Part shown: positions 12,111 through 24,264 of the stretch, in pieces | Position numbering within the stretch: the stretch's first letter is position 1 | Layout of the letters: each line of letters begins with the position of its first letter | NCBI GenBank assembly: GCA_965112155.1 | Contig: OZ218101.1 | Length of the DNA: 64,000 nt | Reading direction: 5' to 3' (one strand) | DNA from: Podarcis liolepis | Lineage: Eukaryota | Made by a program: the position numbers and the translations under genes | The notes under the pieces: generated by a model | The model's database searches: none | What the model was told of the DNA's origin: nothing | The model's input: the letters and a program-made list of their open reading frames with translations, nothing else

Positions 12111-13621
12111 TATTTCCTCCCCCCCCCCTTACTTCAGAATTAGGGAAGGTTTAATTTAAGAATAAAGAATATCACCAAACAATGACCTAAAAATGATTCA
12201 AATAAGAGCAAGGAAAATAAAAATTACCCGCAACAATTTATAAACAATAACAAGGTCCTCAAATGCTGTTAAAAGCAGATTCGGAACGAGGCATAAGACA
12301 ATTGAGTCAATCCTAAAACAATGTTTACGCAGTCTCTTCGTCTGAAATGTATTTTTGGAATCTGATGGTGGGAAAGAAGTGTCCGAGGGAGTAGTGGAAT
12401 CTGGTAACACCCTTGGAATGGTAAATGGACATGTCAGTTCGACCTCTTACATCACTAAAGACAAAGAGCAAGACAATATTTTGACTCTTGTTTGTTTGAA
12501 TTGTGTAGCAGAGGAAACCAACACTCTCTGGCAAACAGGATTCTATAAATCTGAGCTTTGTGTCAGAATGTATATATTAGGGAATATTTTATGGAGTTTT
12601 GCTCTTTGCTTTTTAAAAGGTTAAGCAATCCTAATGGCATTGCATGCAGGTCTTTGCTGGTGTGGAGAGAAATGGCTGTGCCAAATATTGCTAACAGACC
12701 AGTGCAGCAAATGTACAATTGTTAGTTACTGGTCTTAGTGCAAAAAACCCCAACCCCACCATATGCTTAAACTATTACTAGTTGCAATGTTCTGGTATCT
12801 GTCCCTAGCAAAACACCATCTTTGTTTTATCCCTACTTTCTTTGGGGGAAGAAATTGAGGGGATGCCTTGAAAAATCTAAGGTTTTAGTCTCCATTTAGG
12901 TTCTACTCAGGTCTTCCTCAGCCTTCCTCACAGGGTCTACAGATGTTGACTGGCCTTGGTTGCCAAGACAAACGTTTTGGTCACCAGAACACTGCATCCC
13001 TCCTCATCCCTGATCTTGGAAAGTACCTCTGCATGAAGGCAGAGATGATCTTAAATAAAGTATTTTTTTAAAAAAAATGAAGGCAGAGTTGATCCTCTGC
13101 TTCACTCCCTAACCTCTTTCCCCAGTGCCTTGCTCAGGGTTGCAATGCAGTAGAGATGGCACCATTGTGCAGCACATTAGCAGAGTGACCTTAGTGGATT
13201 TGCAATGCCCGGGGGCTTCAGGGAGAGTGGGAAAGATCACCACCCTCTTCCATTGATGGAGGTGTCTGCCAGATCAAAAGCTTTTCCATGAGCTGAAGGC
13301 ACATGGTATTACACACAATGACTCATAGTGTACTTTTTCATAAACACACTATATGTACGCAATTCCTGGATTAGTGAACAGCAATCATTTTTGATGGGTT
13401 TTCAGAAGTATTATTTCTGTTTGTTTATTTTTATTAAATTTCTACCCTGCCTTTCCAAAGGAACCCAGGGTGGTAAACAACAAGAAATAAAGCAATAAAA
13501 ACATATTTGGAACATATTACTATACCAATCACTGCACACTGCACACTGCTCACTACTGTTGAATGTAAAGAGACCAGAGAGCCACATTTATCTGGACCTT
13601 GCCAGGTTTGGGAGAAAGAGA

Positions 13622-13622
<1 letters not shown>

Positions 13623-13661
<39 letters not shown>
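13623..13661. repeat. (TG)n microsatellite
   Basis: About 19 uninterrupted TG units. Confidence 0.95.
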
Positions 13662-13664
<3 letters not shown>

Positions 13665-15941
13665 CCAAACTACATGATGTTTGGCATTAAAGTATTTCTT
13701 TTTTTGAGAGCGAGCAAGTGAAATAGTAAACATGTTCCTCCTTATTACATTTCCTGGCTAACGTCCTTGAATTGGGCTCTGCCCTTTCTGTGGCATTTGG
13801 GAGTACTGCACATATTAGCCTGGTATTTAAATGAAGGTGGTATTTCTTTGTGAATCATGTAAACAAACTTAGGTAACCAAACAATTGACTGCACTTTGAC
13901 CAGATAGCAAACACTTAATTTCCTCTCTGGAGCAAAATAAAAAAATGAAAAAATACACAACTGTTCCCATATGGCTCTGCAGGAAGCAATAAATAATCGC
14001 TCACATTCCTAAATCTCAGCATTGCATGGGAGATCATTTGGAATGGTGGGAATACTTTTGAACGTAAGTATTTTCAAGGCTTTCCAGTAAACTGCTAACG
14101 ATGGGAGTCCTTTAACCCTGTATTGATCCGTGGCCTAATTCTCCTTCTATTTCTGGTGTTCAGTCTGTGTCATCGCTAATGTAGCAAAAACTGCACCTCC
14201 CCCATACATGAGTGGGTGATACGTACTTTAGACACCCTTTCTTACCCCATAACGGCATGGATAAAAGATGCAGCCATCTGCACAATAATTGGTTGATTCC
14301 AGTTTACCCAACTGCCAAGAGATTGCACAACTGACATTATGGTATCTGTTGAGACAAAAATCCCACTCAGCCAGTGAAATCAGTTCATAGTTGAGCCTTC
14401 TATTTTTTTAAAAAAATGTTTTTTTAAAAAAATAAAAACTGTATGGTAGGAAACGCAGATAATTCTGTAGGTTAGACAAATGAGCTGTCTTTGTAATGGC
14501 TATGTGGGAAACGGGGGATGAGTAAAGGAGATCATTTTGGTTCCTGAGAGAGGTTTTTATGGCTGCACATGATATAAGCCACAAGTTCTTTTTCCCCACA
14601 GACTTCTTTTGGGCGGGAGAGGCCACCATCTTTGTGTGAAGAGAGTTCATGCTGCTGGATCAGACAGTTTTATTTAGCTCTGTGGTTGCATGTTGTTACA
14701 AAATATTTATGGAAGGTTTATACCGGCCTTGTGATGCAGCTTCCATTTCCTTCAGAATGATTCATTTGCCTCTCTGAGTCAGGGGGGGCCAACAGGATTT
14801 TCTGGGTTCTGTACACTGTATGTGGATTCTACCTTCTGACCCACTTGCAAAAGAGGACACAGATTTACATAACACTTTCTTATGTTTTGTGCCACATGCA
14901 AATTTGTATCCTCTTTGCAGGTGGAGTGGAGGGCCCAAAAATAAATTGGTGACCACACACGTAACTAAGTATCTGACAGATGGATTGTGAAGAGGTCAAG
15001 CTTTTCTTAAAATTGTATTCACATACTAGAAAAGGCTTAGTGTGTTTAATTCCTGCCAGTCACACAGCTGTTAAAGCCCTGCTTTCTCCATACCAACTCT
15101 AAACCAAAGCCTAGGCTGCAGTTGTACTTCCCATTACCTGGGAGTAAGCTCCATTAAACACAAAGAAACTTACTTCTGGGTAGACATGTATACCATTGGA
15201 CTGTTTAAATTAACTATAAAGCGACTTCTGAATGAGTGCCTGCTCTTTTGCTCCCGCCCTGCAGGACACATGCCTGACCTTCTTTGCAGTTTTCATGTTT
15301 TTTAATTTGCAATTTGGAGGCGGGGGTGGGTTTCTGGCAAGTCCAGGGCCTAAGGATTTTAGGGCCAAATGACATGCTATGTTGAATTTGTTACTGTGAT
15401 TGTTCTTAAAACTGTTCACCCCGGGGGCCATTCAGGATCAATACCACAGAAGGCAGGAAAGAGTTTTGGGGTTTTGACCCTTACAAAAATCGCCCTCCGT
15501 AAGCTGCTACATGGCACAGGAGGGAGGCTCCTATCAGCACCATGCACTATTTCAGAACAGAGATGAATCCATCTGTAACAGGGATGAACACTCAGTGTTG
15601 TTGGTTATGGGCAATTTTAGATTTAGAAGGAATTTCTGTAATGTTATGTTGTTTGAGGCTGAGGAGGGACCTTTTTGCCGTGGCAATACTTTTGGATTGA
15701 GGTTGCAGAGAGCCATTGAGCCGGAGAAGAGGCGTTTGAGGGAAATGCCTCTGTAAATTCAAGTGGAAATATGTGTGGGACAGGAAAGAGTGTGTGGCTC
15801 TGAGGAGGTGGGTGATGTGCTCTTTTAAAATGGGCTATAGTCTAGAAATTTGGCACCTTTTTGCCTACATTTCATGTAAGCTTCCATATTTTGAAAATAT
15901 TGCACATCAAAATGGCTTCTTATGTGGAAAGGAAAGAATAT

Positions 15942-16400
15942 ACGTAAGAAAATAAGAATGGTCTGCTGAATGGCCCATCTAGTCCAACATCCTGTTCTCG
16001 CAGGGGCCAACCAGATGCCTGTGAGAAACCAAGGAACAGAACGTGAGCACAAGAGGAATCTCCCTTCTCTTGGTTTCCAGCAACTGGTTTTTGGAAGCAT
16101 TGCTGCCTCCAACTGTGGAGGTAGACATAGCCATCTTGGTTAGTAGCCATTGACACCCCTCTCCTCCATGAATTTGTCTATTCCTCTTTTAAAGCCATTT
16201 AAGTTGGTGGCCATTATGGGCTCCTTGGATGAGCAAGTTCCATAGTGTGAAAGTGTGTTGTGTGAACAAGTATACTATTTTATCCATGCTAAATCTTCCA
16301 GCATTCAGCTACCGTGGATGTCCACGAGTTCTAGTGTCATGAGGGAGAAAAACTTTTCTCTATTCACTTTCTCGGTCCTGTGTATCGTTTCATAAACTCT
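15942..16400 (-). mobile_element. CR1 LINE 3' end
   Basis: Tail (cttatt/cttacg on the minus strand), 3' stem region ggcccatctagtccaacatcctg, and decayed end of ORF2 (gagaaagtgaatagagaaaagttttt...actagaactcgtggacatcc). Confidence 0.75.
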
Positions 16401-18304
16401 AGAGGTATCATCATTCTTTATTCAGTTTAATTCCCGTGAACTGGTGGTTGTTTTCTTGGATTATCATACCAGTTTCAATTGATTTATGGTTAAATGTTCA
16501 TGAAATCTCCCTGGAAGTACATATTAATTAAATCCTCATTAATTGCACATTAGAACTCATTGATTGATTGCTGCAAGTGCTAGATGCATTCATAATAGGG
16601 AACCAAGTGTCAAAAGATTGTTTTGGATAAAAAGTATAAATGTCTACATAAATAAATTGGAGCACAAGGCTTCTATTCAGTGGAGTGCTGGGTTTGGGCT
16701 TGGTAGATCTGGGGTCCCGTTGTCTGAGATTACTCATCTTTGTTGCATAGAGCTCTGGCAAAGTGGCCTATGATTAGAATAAAAAGGCTGAGCCTAATTT
16801 TAGAGGCTTACGGCTGTTGTATTTTTATTTTCAGCTGGGACAGAATATACTTAGTATTTTGGATGTTCTTAAATACTCCAAATGTCCATCTTCTGTGTCT
16901 GGTGTGCCAGTTCTTGGAACTTTCAGTGAAGTAGAAATCTGACACTTGAACTATAATCTCCTCCCTGGAATGCAGTGGCGTCAAGTTGCGACACTATACT
17001 TAAGGTTTTTGTCTTTGTCAGGTCATGATTTCCAGGGGATAAAAACCACAGCCATGACTTTGTGGCTCTTTAGAAATGAAAACTGCCTCTCTGCCAAGCA
17101 GTGTTGAAAAGAACAAGAGCCTTGTACCAAGTCAGATTATTGGTCTCTCTAGCTTAGTATTGCCTACACAGATTGGCAGGTGCTCTCTGGGGTTTCAGAC
17201 AGGGGTCTTTTCAGCCCCTAACTAGATCTGAATCTGGGATCTTCTGAATGAAAAGGATTTGCTGTATCACTCAGCTATGGTGATTACCCTGGCGGTATAG
17301 GCAACCTTTCTCTCTCCCCACCTGGCAAGGTGTGTCCAGGATTTGAACTGAGCCATCAAAGTAGTTCTCAACGTCCCATGCGAGTGAGTGGCCATTACTG
17401 GCCTTTGTGCATCTTCACTTTGAGCAGCCCTCTCTTAAACCAAGGAGATTTCTTACACAGCTGAGCTGCGCAGGGTAGATTCTGGGAAACGGTGTGGTCA
17501 TAAGAGTGGCACTGACTTGTCTTCCAGACTTGTGTATGATGATGGATGGTGCCTTTACACCTGGGCTTAAATCCTTGCAGCTGTGGGCATGTGGTAAAAG
17601 TCTGTATCCACATTCAACTAGAATAGCAGCTCACAGGATTGAAACATAAAGAAACCTGTTTGTCTTGGAATGATAAATTTTCAGTATGGGCTGGAGAGCA
17701 TTTAGAAGATACTGGTCTGGATTTGAAGTTTATGAAGCTGGAAATGAGTGCTTGAGCCGGACACTTCTAATCTTGCCCTTCTTCTCCCCACTCTCATTCC
17801 AAGTTCCTGGTTTGGATGAAGCCAGAGTTCCCTGCTACATCAGAACCAGGGAACTCTGTATTGCTGTCTGTTAACAAACTGGGAAAATAAGGTTGGAATG
17901 ATTGTTCAGACCAGGACTGAACATCAGAACATCTATTTATCTGAAAAAAACCTACAACATCTATTCCTGATATCTTTTTATCACTTTTAAGTATCTTTTT
18001 TCTTCCATTTGAGGGTGTTCAGAAACAAAGTTGTTATGTCTGAAATGTGGAAGGGCCACCTTACCACTTTTTTCCATATATAGGCCTAGTCTGTGGGGTG
18101 CAGCAGCTCTCTGTCTCATTAGGCTTCTAATGGAGAGAAGTGAAGGACAAATAAGTGAATAAACAAATATTGTAGATGAAAAAGACTGATTTAATATCCA
18201 CCATATTTTTGAGAAAAAGTTGCTGGTCTCTCATAGTTCATGTTGAATGGATTCCTCCAACATATCTATCAGTTGTATCTTCTTCTGTCTCCCATTCTAC
18301 ACTT

Positions 18305-18783
18305 ATCATCTGCCATCCAAACAACATGACCAGTCCAACAAAGTTGATGTTGAAGAATCATTGCTTTGACACTGGTGATCTTTGCTTTTCCATGGCAACT
18401 ACTCTATTCCCACCTCAAGAATGGAAAGCAAAATACAGGTGGGCAACAAAAGAGATTTAAAGACGCTCTCAAGACAAATCTGAAAAAATGTAACATAAGC
18501 ACTGTTAACTGGGAAACACTGGTCTGCAAGTGCTCCAATTGGAGAACAGCCTTTACCAAAGGTGCCATTGACTTTGAAGAAGCACGAACTCAGGGCGAGA
18601 AGAAGAAATGAACTAAGAGGAAGGCATGTTTGACAAACCCTCACCGTGATAAACTCCTGCCCAGACACCTATGTTTCCACTGTGGAAGGACATGTGGATC
18701 CAGAATTGGTCTCCACAGTCACTTACGGACTCACTGTTAAGACCGTGTTCATGGAAGACAATCTTACTCAGCTATGAGAAGAC
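18305..18783 (+). mobile_element. RTE-clade LINE 3' end with inverted 5' segment
   Basis: + strand from 18395: QLLYSHLKNGKQNTGGQQKRFKDALKTNLKKC...CFHCGRTCGSRIGLHSHLRTHC (terminal C2H2-like finger); 18305-18391 on the - strand encodes the upstream piece KAKITSVKAMILQHQLCWTGHVVWMADD. Confidence 0.85.
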
Positions 18784-20704
18784 ACCTGTCATGGCCTGGG
18801 TTCTTGCCAGTGCTGGACTTTGGGCTCTCGAATTTCAGCGGTGCCCTGTGCAACACTAAAATTTGCTCCTCCACCTCTTGTGCTCTGGTCAACATTATTG
18901 TTATGGTGCCCCCTGTGGTGCTGGTACCCAGTGCAGCCAAACCAGACACGCTACCCTAAAACCGCCTCTGCTCTTGCTATAAATGCTTTTTCACCTCAGC
19001 TCTCTATAACAAAATGTTTTATTTTTAATACACACATGATATGTAAATAGATATGTAAATTGTTTGGCAATGTATGTTGTTTACATAGTTACTTAACTAT
19101 AATTGCTCCTGTCTTGAAAGGGATCACATGGCTTTTCATTTTTCTGAAGTGAAGTGTTGTTTATTGACTTTGTATTATGTGCATACAAATTGTTACTAAA
19201 TGCTACATTCCCAACCGTGTCTACTCAGAAGTAAGCCTGACAGACTTCAGTGGGGCTTACTCTGCTTCCTGCTGTGAATTTTTAAGACGAGAAGTATGCC
19301 TTGTTCTTCTTTCCACATGGAAAGAAGTCATCTCTTTTCTTGCCTGTTGCCTGTATCATTGCTCCTCAGTTGAAGCATGAGGGTTTCAAGCTGTCAAATA
19401 CAAAATGTTTACTGCAAACATTTAAACCATGAATTAGCTTGAATGTTGTGTTTCAGCAGATGCACAAAAACAACCATTTTCTGATATGCATTTATGAAAC
19501 AAAATGTTATTTTGCAAAAAGGGCTTGTATAAGTAGCATTACACTGACATTCAAGTGGCATTCCTTGTAAAATGTTTAACGTAGCCAAAGGCATAGAATC
19601 CAGGGTACAAAGAGCAAAATATCAACCACATGCCCTCCATGAGTTGAAACGGGGGGTCATTTCTACTCCCATAGGCTCTCCATGTGTCTAGAAGCCTTGT
19701 CTTGCAGCAAAGAGTTCTAAATCAGGTGAGGAGCTCATATCTGTGAACTCAACTCTCCACCCCAGATGCTTGCCTCTAGCTTAGTGCTAGTCCTGCAGTG
19801 AAAACAGATGAGGTATGGCATTTGGGGAACTTCCAAGTTTTGTAGAAGTACCAAAGATCTGTGGGGGGGACCCTAAGTGGCAGGGAGAACCCCCAAACAG
19901 CCCAACAAAAAGCTGAACATGCTCAGTGACTTCAAATTGCTGACTGTTTGAGGCAAAACGTAAAACTGGATGGATGGGAGAATGGAACGGAGTATCCTGA
20001 ACAGGAGCACTCAATGCTACAGACAGCATGTGTAAAGTAGATTCTTAATTTGTGGGAGAAACTGAGTGATATGAACACCAGAGTGAAATTGTGCCGGCCT
20101 GTAGGCTGGGAAAGTGGCAGGATCTAGAAATAGCAAGTAAGATTAAAGGTAACGCTGAACCACAAGTATATAGTTAGCTTTAAAATAGATTTCTTTTTTA
20201 AACAGGAAAAAAGAACCCACTATAGGACGTCTTAGTTTTCAGTGTAGGTTGTATTTTGTTTGAACAGGATATGACTGATGGTTCCCCTCAGGGTGGGTAA
20301 ACTGATGACCCTTTTAGGCCTCAATCCTTTATACACTCAGGGTCTAATGAGGCTTACCAAAAGCTTGTGTAACTGTAAGTGCTGATGCCCCTTTTATTTC
20401 AGAAATGGCTTTTTTGGAGAGGGTGATCTTGAGTATAGGACAAGGTGCTTAATCTTTTACCCAAACACTGTATTAATGGTCCCTGTAGGGTTCCAAATGC
20501 AGAAGAAAAAGCAATTTAGAGCAGACTAAAATGTTATGTGGGCAAATTGTTAAAAATGCCTTGTACTGAATAGAGTTGCATTTAAGATATGGGTGGTGGT
20601 GGTCACCAAATAAGTTGTCAAGAAGAGAGTGGTGTTCCCTGTAAAATGTTTAAAGGCATATTGTAGGCTTTTCTTACATTAAGGTCAGGGAACTGTACAC
20701 AAGA

Positions 20705-21798
20705 TTTCCCCTTTATATCCTCACAGCAACCCAGTGAGGTAGGTTCAGTGGCGTAGCGTGGGGGGTGCCAGGGGTGCCAGCCGCACCGGGCGCAACACCT
20801 GGGGGGGGGGCGCGAGTCCAGAGGGAAGGGACAAGCAATCGAGGCTTGGTTGGGGTGGGGGGTCGTTGTCTCCGCCACTGCTTCTGTTTTCCGCTGCGCT
20901 GAGGCGAGCTGGGCGCGGCCAGGCATGCAAGCGCAGCGCCTGGCCAAGCACTGCAGCCTGGGGAGCCGGCGCCTTAGTGCCTCGCCGTCGGCCGCGCAGC
21001 CGTTGCCCAAGCTCAACAACTCGTGGAGGGCGCCTCTCTCTCTCTCTCTCTCTCTCCCTGGAGGGGAGGGGCTTTCCCTGCTCTTTGTTCCGTTTGAGCA
21101 AACACAGCAACGAAACAGAGCAGGGTGGGCAGTACGACCCTGAGGCAGAATGCAGGAAAGCAGCCGCTTCCTCTTTTCAGGTTTCCCTTCTCCGGTACCA
21201 CGTTTATTGCGAGGGAAATCTAGCTGACTGCAGGGAAGGGGTTGGGTGCATGTAATGTGTGACAAAGGCATCAGGTGTACGTCTTGGGTGGAAAGGGTAT
21301 AAGGGTGGGGAGGTAGAGTGCATTTAAAAAAACCAAAACATTGTGGATTTAAACAAGGAAAATGTAGCATAATCTACTGTTTGTAAGGGCCCTTTGGGAT
21401 TGGTTTTACCCATCTCAGACAGTTAGCTCATAGTGTAAATAAAGATGGCTGTTGTTTACATTTTTTTAATAAAAGCATCAACAACGATCCTTTTGCACGG
21501 TCTGTTGTGCTGTGTTGCAGAACTTTTTGCAGTTGCAGGATTAGGGATGGTGTTCTGTGCTACAGTGGCGTAGCGTGGGGGGTGCAGGCTGGGCTGGCCA
21601 CACCGGGCGCAACATCTGGGGGGCCGCGCTCCATGGGTTAGGGGGCGCAAATTACTTGCCTTGCCCCGGGTGCTGACAACCCACGCTACGCCACTGGGTA
21701 GGTTAGACTATGAATGAACTTCATGTCTCACCAGGAATCTGAATATGGGTCTCCCCACTCCTAGCCTAACACTACCCACAATGCTGCACTGACTCTCA
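20705..21798 (-). mobile_element. MIR/CORE-like SINE split by the hAT insertion (parts 20705-20745 and 21697-21798)
   Basis: atcctcacagcaacccagtgaggtagg (MIR core-like) resumes after the TSD with a degenerate tRNA-head complement (...gggtctcccc...ctagcctaacacta...). Confidence 0.6.
20746..21696. mobile_element. Composite non-autonomous hAT element, CpG-rich
   Basis: TIR cagtggcgtagcgtggg...cccacgctacgccactg; perfect 8-bp TSD ggtaggtt (20738-20745, 21697-21704); second internal left end at 21563. Confidence 0.9.
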
Positions 21799-22578
21799 GA
21801 CCGTAATTCTTGCCTATGCTCATCTTGTGATGTGCTTTCCTTGTAGTTCGATCTGTACTCGTGTCAGCATTGATTTATGCAGGGTCTCTGTTTTGCACTC
21901 TAATGGAACCTTAGTCTCACAGTTTCTTTGTCTTGCTATTTTGTGCAATTGCCAGAGAGTGTCAGAGGCTGAGCATGATTTGATGTGGTTCTTTCTGCTG
22001 AGCTAGGTCAAAATAAAGGCACCGGCTACATAAGGCTCTTTGCCTCTTTTAACGTTCCTGGCACAAGTAACTGAGTTATATGCACTAAAGCAATTTGCAG
22101 AGTTTGGAAGGCTTAAGAAAGAGCGCGAACACCTTGAACCTGCTTTGGAGTGCACAGATGACACTTGCTTAATGAGGCAAGTTATGGCATTCCACCGCCT
22201 TGAAGCACACTTAACAACTGGCTTTGGCACCTGCTGTTTCCATTTTATATTTCAAGCTGGATGTAAATCCTCTTCCAAGTCAGCCTGGCTGCTATTCACT
22301 GGAGTGTGTTATAGATAATTAGGTCAAGAGAAGGCCAGGGAACCTCCTGGAGGACCATTTTGATATGCTCTGGGGAGCGTATATGATATGCTTTATGGTG
22401 GTGACTCAAGAAAACTAGCAATACAATTGACATTTACCATTTTCTTTGTATTTTACTTGAGCTCATCTCCTTCAGTTTTTATTCCTTCCCCACTATTGTC
22501 ATTGAATTTATAATCTTAAGCGAGGTGAGTTTATTTTCATTGTTTTGGGCTATTTCACACACCCACACCCACACACAC

Positions 22579-22812
22579 CCATATTGGCCTCCCTTTTTTT
22601 CCAAATTCCGACCGTGAAAAGTTAGTGTGGTTTAAATTCACGGCCTTACAAAAATTGGCTTTTACGATATCACTGATGAAACAGACATACAGTAAAATGG
22701 AACGGGTGTGAGTGCCTGAGGAATTTTAAGGGAGTGGCTTATATTCAGGCATCATCTTTTTCTTCTTTCCCCTTGGATTTTAAAGGTGCGGCTTATATTT
22801 GGGCCAAGACGG
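22579..22812. mobile_element. Tc2/pogo-like MITE, degraded
   Basis: Ends ccatattggcc ... gtgcggcttatatttgggccaagacgg+TA. Confidence 0.6.
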
Positions 22813-24264
22813 TATTTATAAATATAATGAATGATAGAGCTATATACAAGCAGTACTATATAATAATGCTAAATTACCAAATTTAAATATTGTCTTCTAT
22901 CATTATGTATACAACTATGTAAATAAAAATAGTTTTGATATCAGATATTTCCAAAATAAATACGAACCTACCTTTATACAGTTCAATAGTCAACATTCCA
23001 TATTTATTTCTATAAAATCCAGGCAACCCCCCCCCAGCCCCACAAAAAAGGATCCATTGTGAGAGCTGCTCCAGTAGAGATGATCTAACAGATGTTTTGC
23101 AGTGTAGACTTATGCATGTTTTATTAGGAGCACATCTGGAATCAGAGCACCTTTGAAGAGCCATATCCCTACAGGGGTCCCACTGTCACTACCTGGAGGC
23201 TGCTGATCCTTGGCCTTGGTTCACCTTCTCTCTCCAAGCATGCAAGCAATGAGTTGGAAGAAACAGTGGTACCTTTCTCTCTCGGGGTGGCTGCATGGAC
23301 TGGGGCCCAGAGGGAAAGGGCAAGTGAATCAGGCAGCAGTACTTTGGGAAGGGGGGATTTGCCCAAGGGCCTCCCCAAACCTGGAACCATCCCTGCTCAG
23401 AAGTAAGCCCTACTAAGTTTAATGGGATTTCCTCCTAGGTAATTGTGTCTACGACATCAGGCGCAAGATGTCCAAGGAACCTGGTAGCTGCATGTTACTG
23501 ACCTGGTTCACATTTAATGCTGAGCCAATCTATCTACGGTTTGGTGTGAATGTGCAAGTGTACCAATACATAGTAAGAAAAACATGGATGCTTCCCTCAG
23601 TCCTATATCAGCTTTGGTTGAGTGTTATGCGTGAACCTGGGCTCACAGTTTGGCTCACTCCAAACAAGGCTTGTTGTTGGCTTAGCACTCCAGGTTTGTT
23701 TGGGAGAGACAAACCATGAGCCCATGTTTGCACCCAACACTAAGCCAAGTGGTGGCTAAATGCACAATAGGATGACAGCAGCAGGAGTTGGGGATAAGTG
23801 GCCACCATTTTCTTACTGTGCGCCAGCATAGTTGCTCGTTCATGCTAAGCCGTAGTTTGGCTTAGTATTACAGGCAAACCTGACATTACTGATTGTCTAA
23901 GTATCCACTGGGTTTATCTATGGGAAGATGTGTCTTGGGGCTGATTGCAGGGTCATAGAACAGGCAAAATGGAAAGGTAATGATGATTTACAAATCTGTT
24001 GCATTTATACTCCACCTTTCCTTTAAGGGTGGTGCATATAATTCTCCCATTTTGCTGTCACAACGGCAGTAAAACCCCTGTGCTATAGGCTTTTGTGTTT
24101 TCTTTATTTCTAAGTCTTTCCACTCCTTCCTACACAAAGATCACTGTCCTGTGTAAACCCTGTAGGGAGTGCAGCCTAGCCTTTCCCCGTTCCCTTTTAA
24201 GAATTCAAAACTGAAACTCTTTGCAGAAGCCTAGGAAGCAGGCCGGCTATAGTATTCTATAATA

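Noticed and set aside
20618-21370. 250-aa ORF and overlapping ORFs
   Set aside because: They lie in a GC-rich non-autonomous hAT element with a (CT)n run; stop-poor composition explains them and there are no transposase motifs.
22040-22318. 92-aa helical-looking ORF (YALKQFAEFGRLKKEREHLE)
   Set aside because: Starts at TTG, has no convincing splice sites and no recognisable homology; probably chance, though the DNA looks unique.
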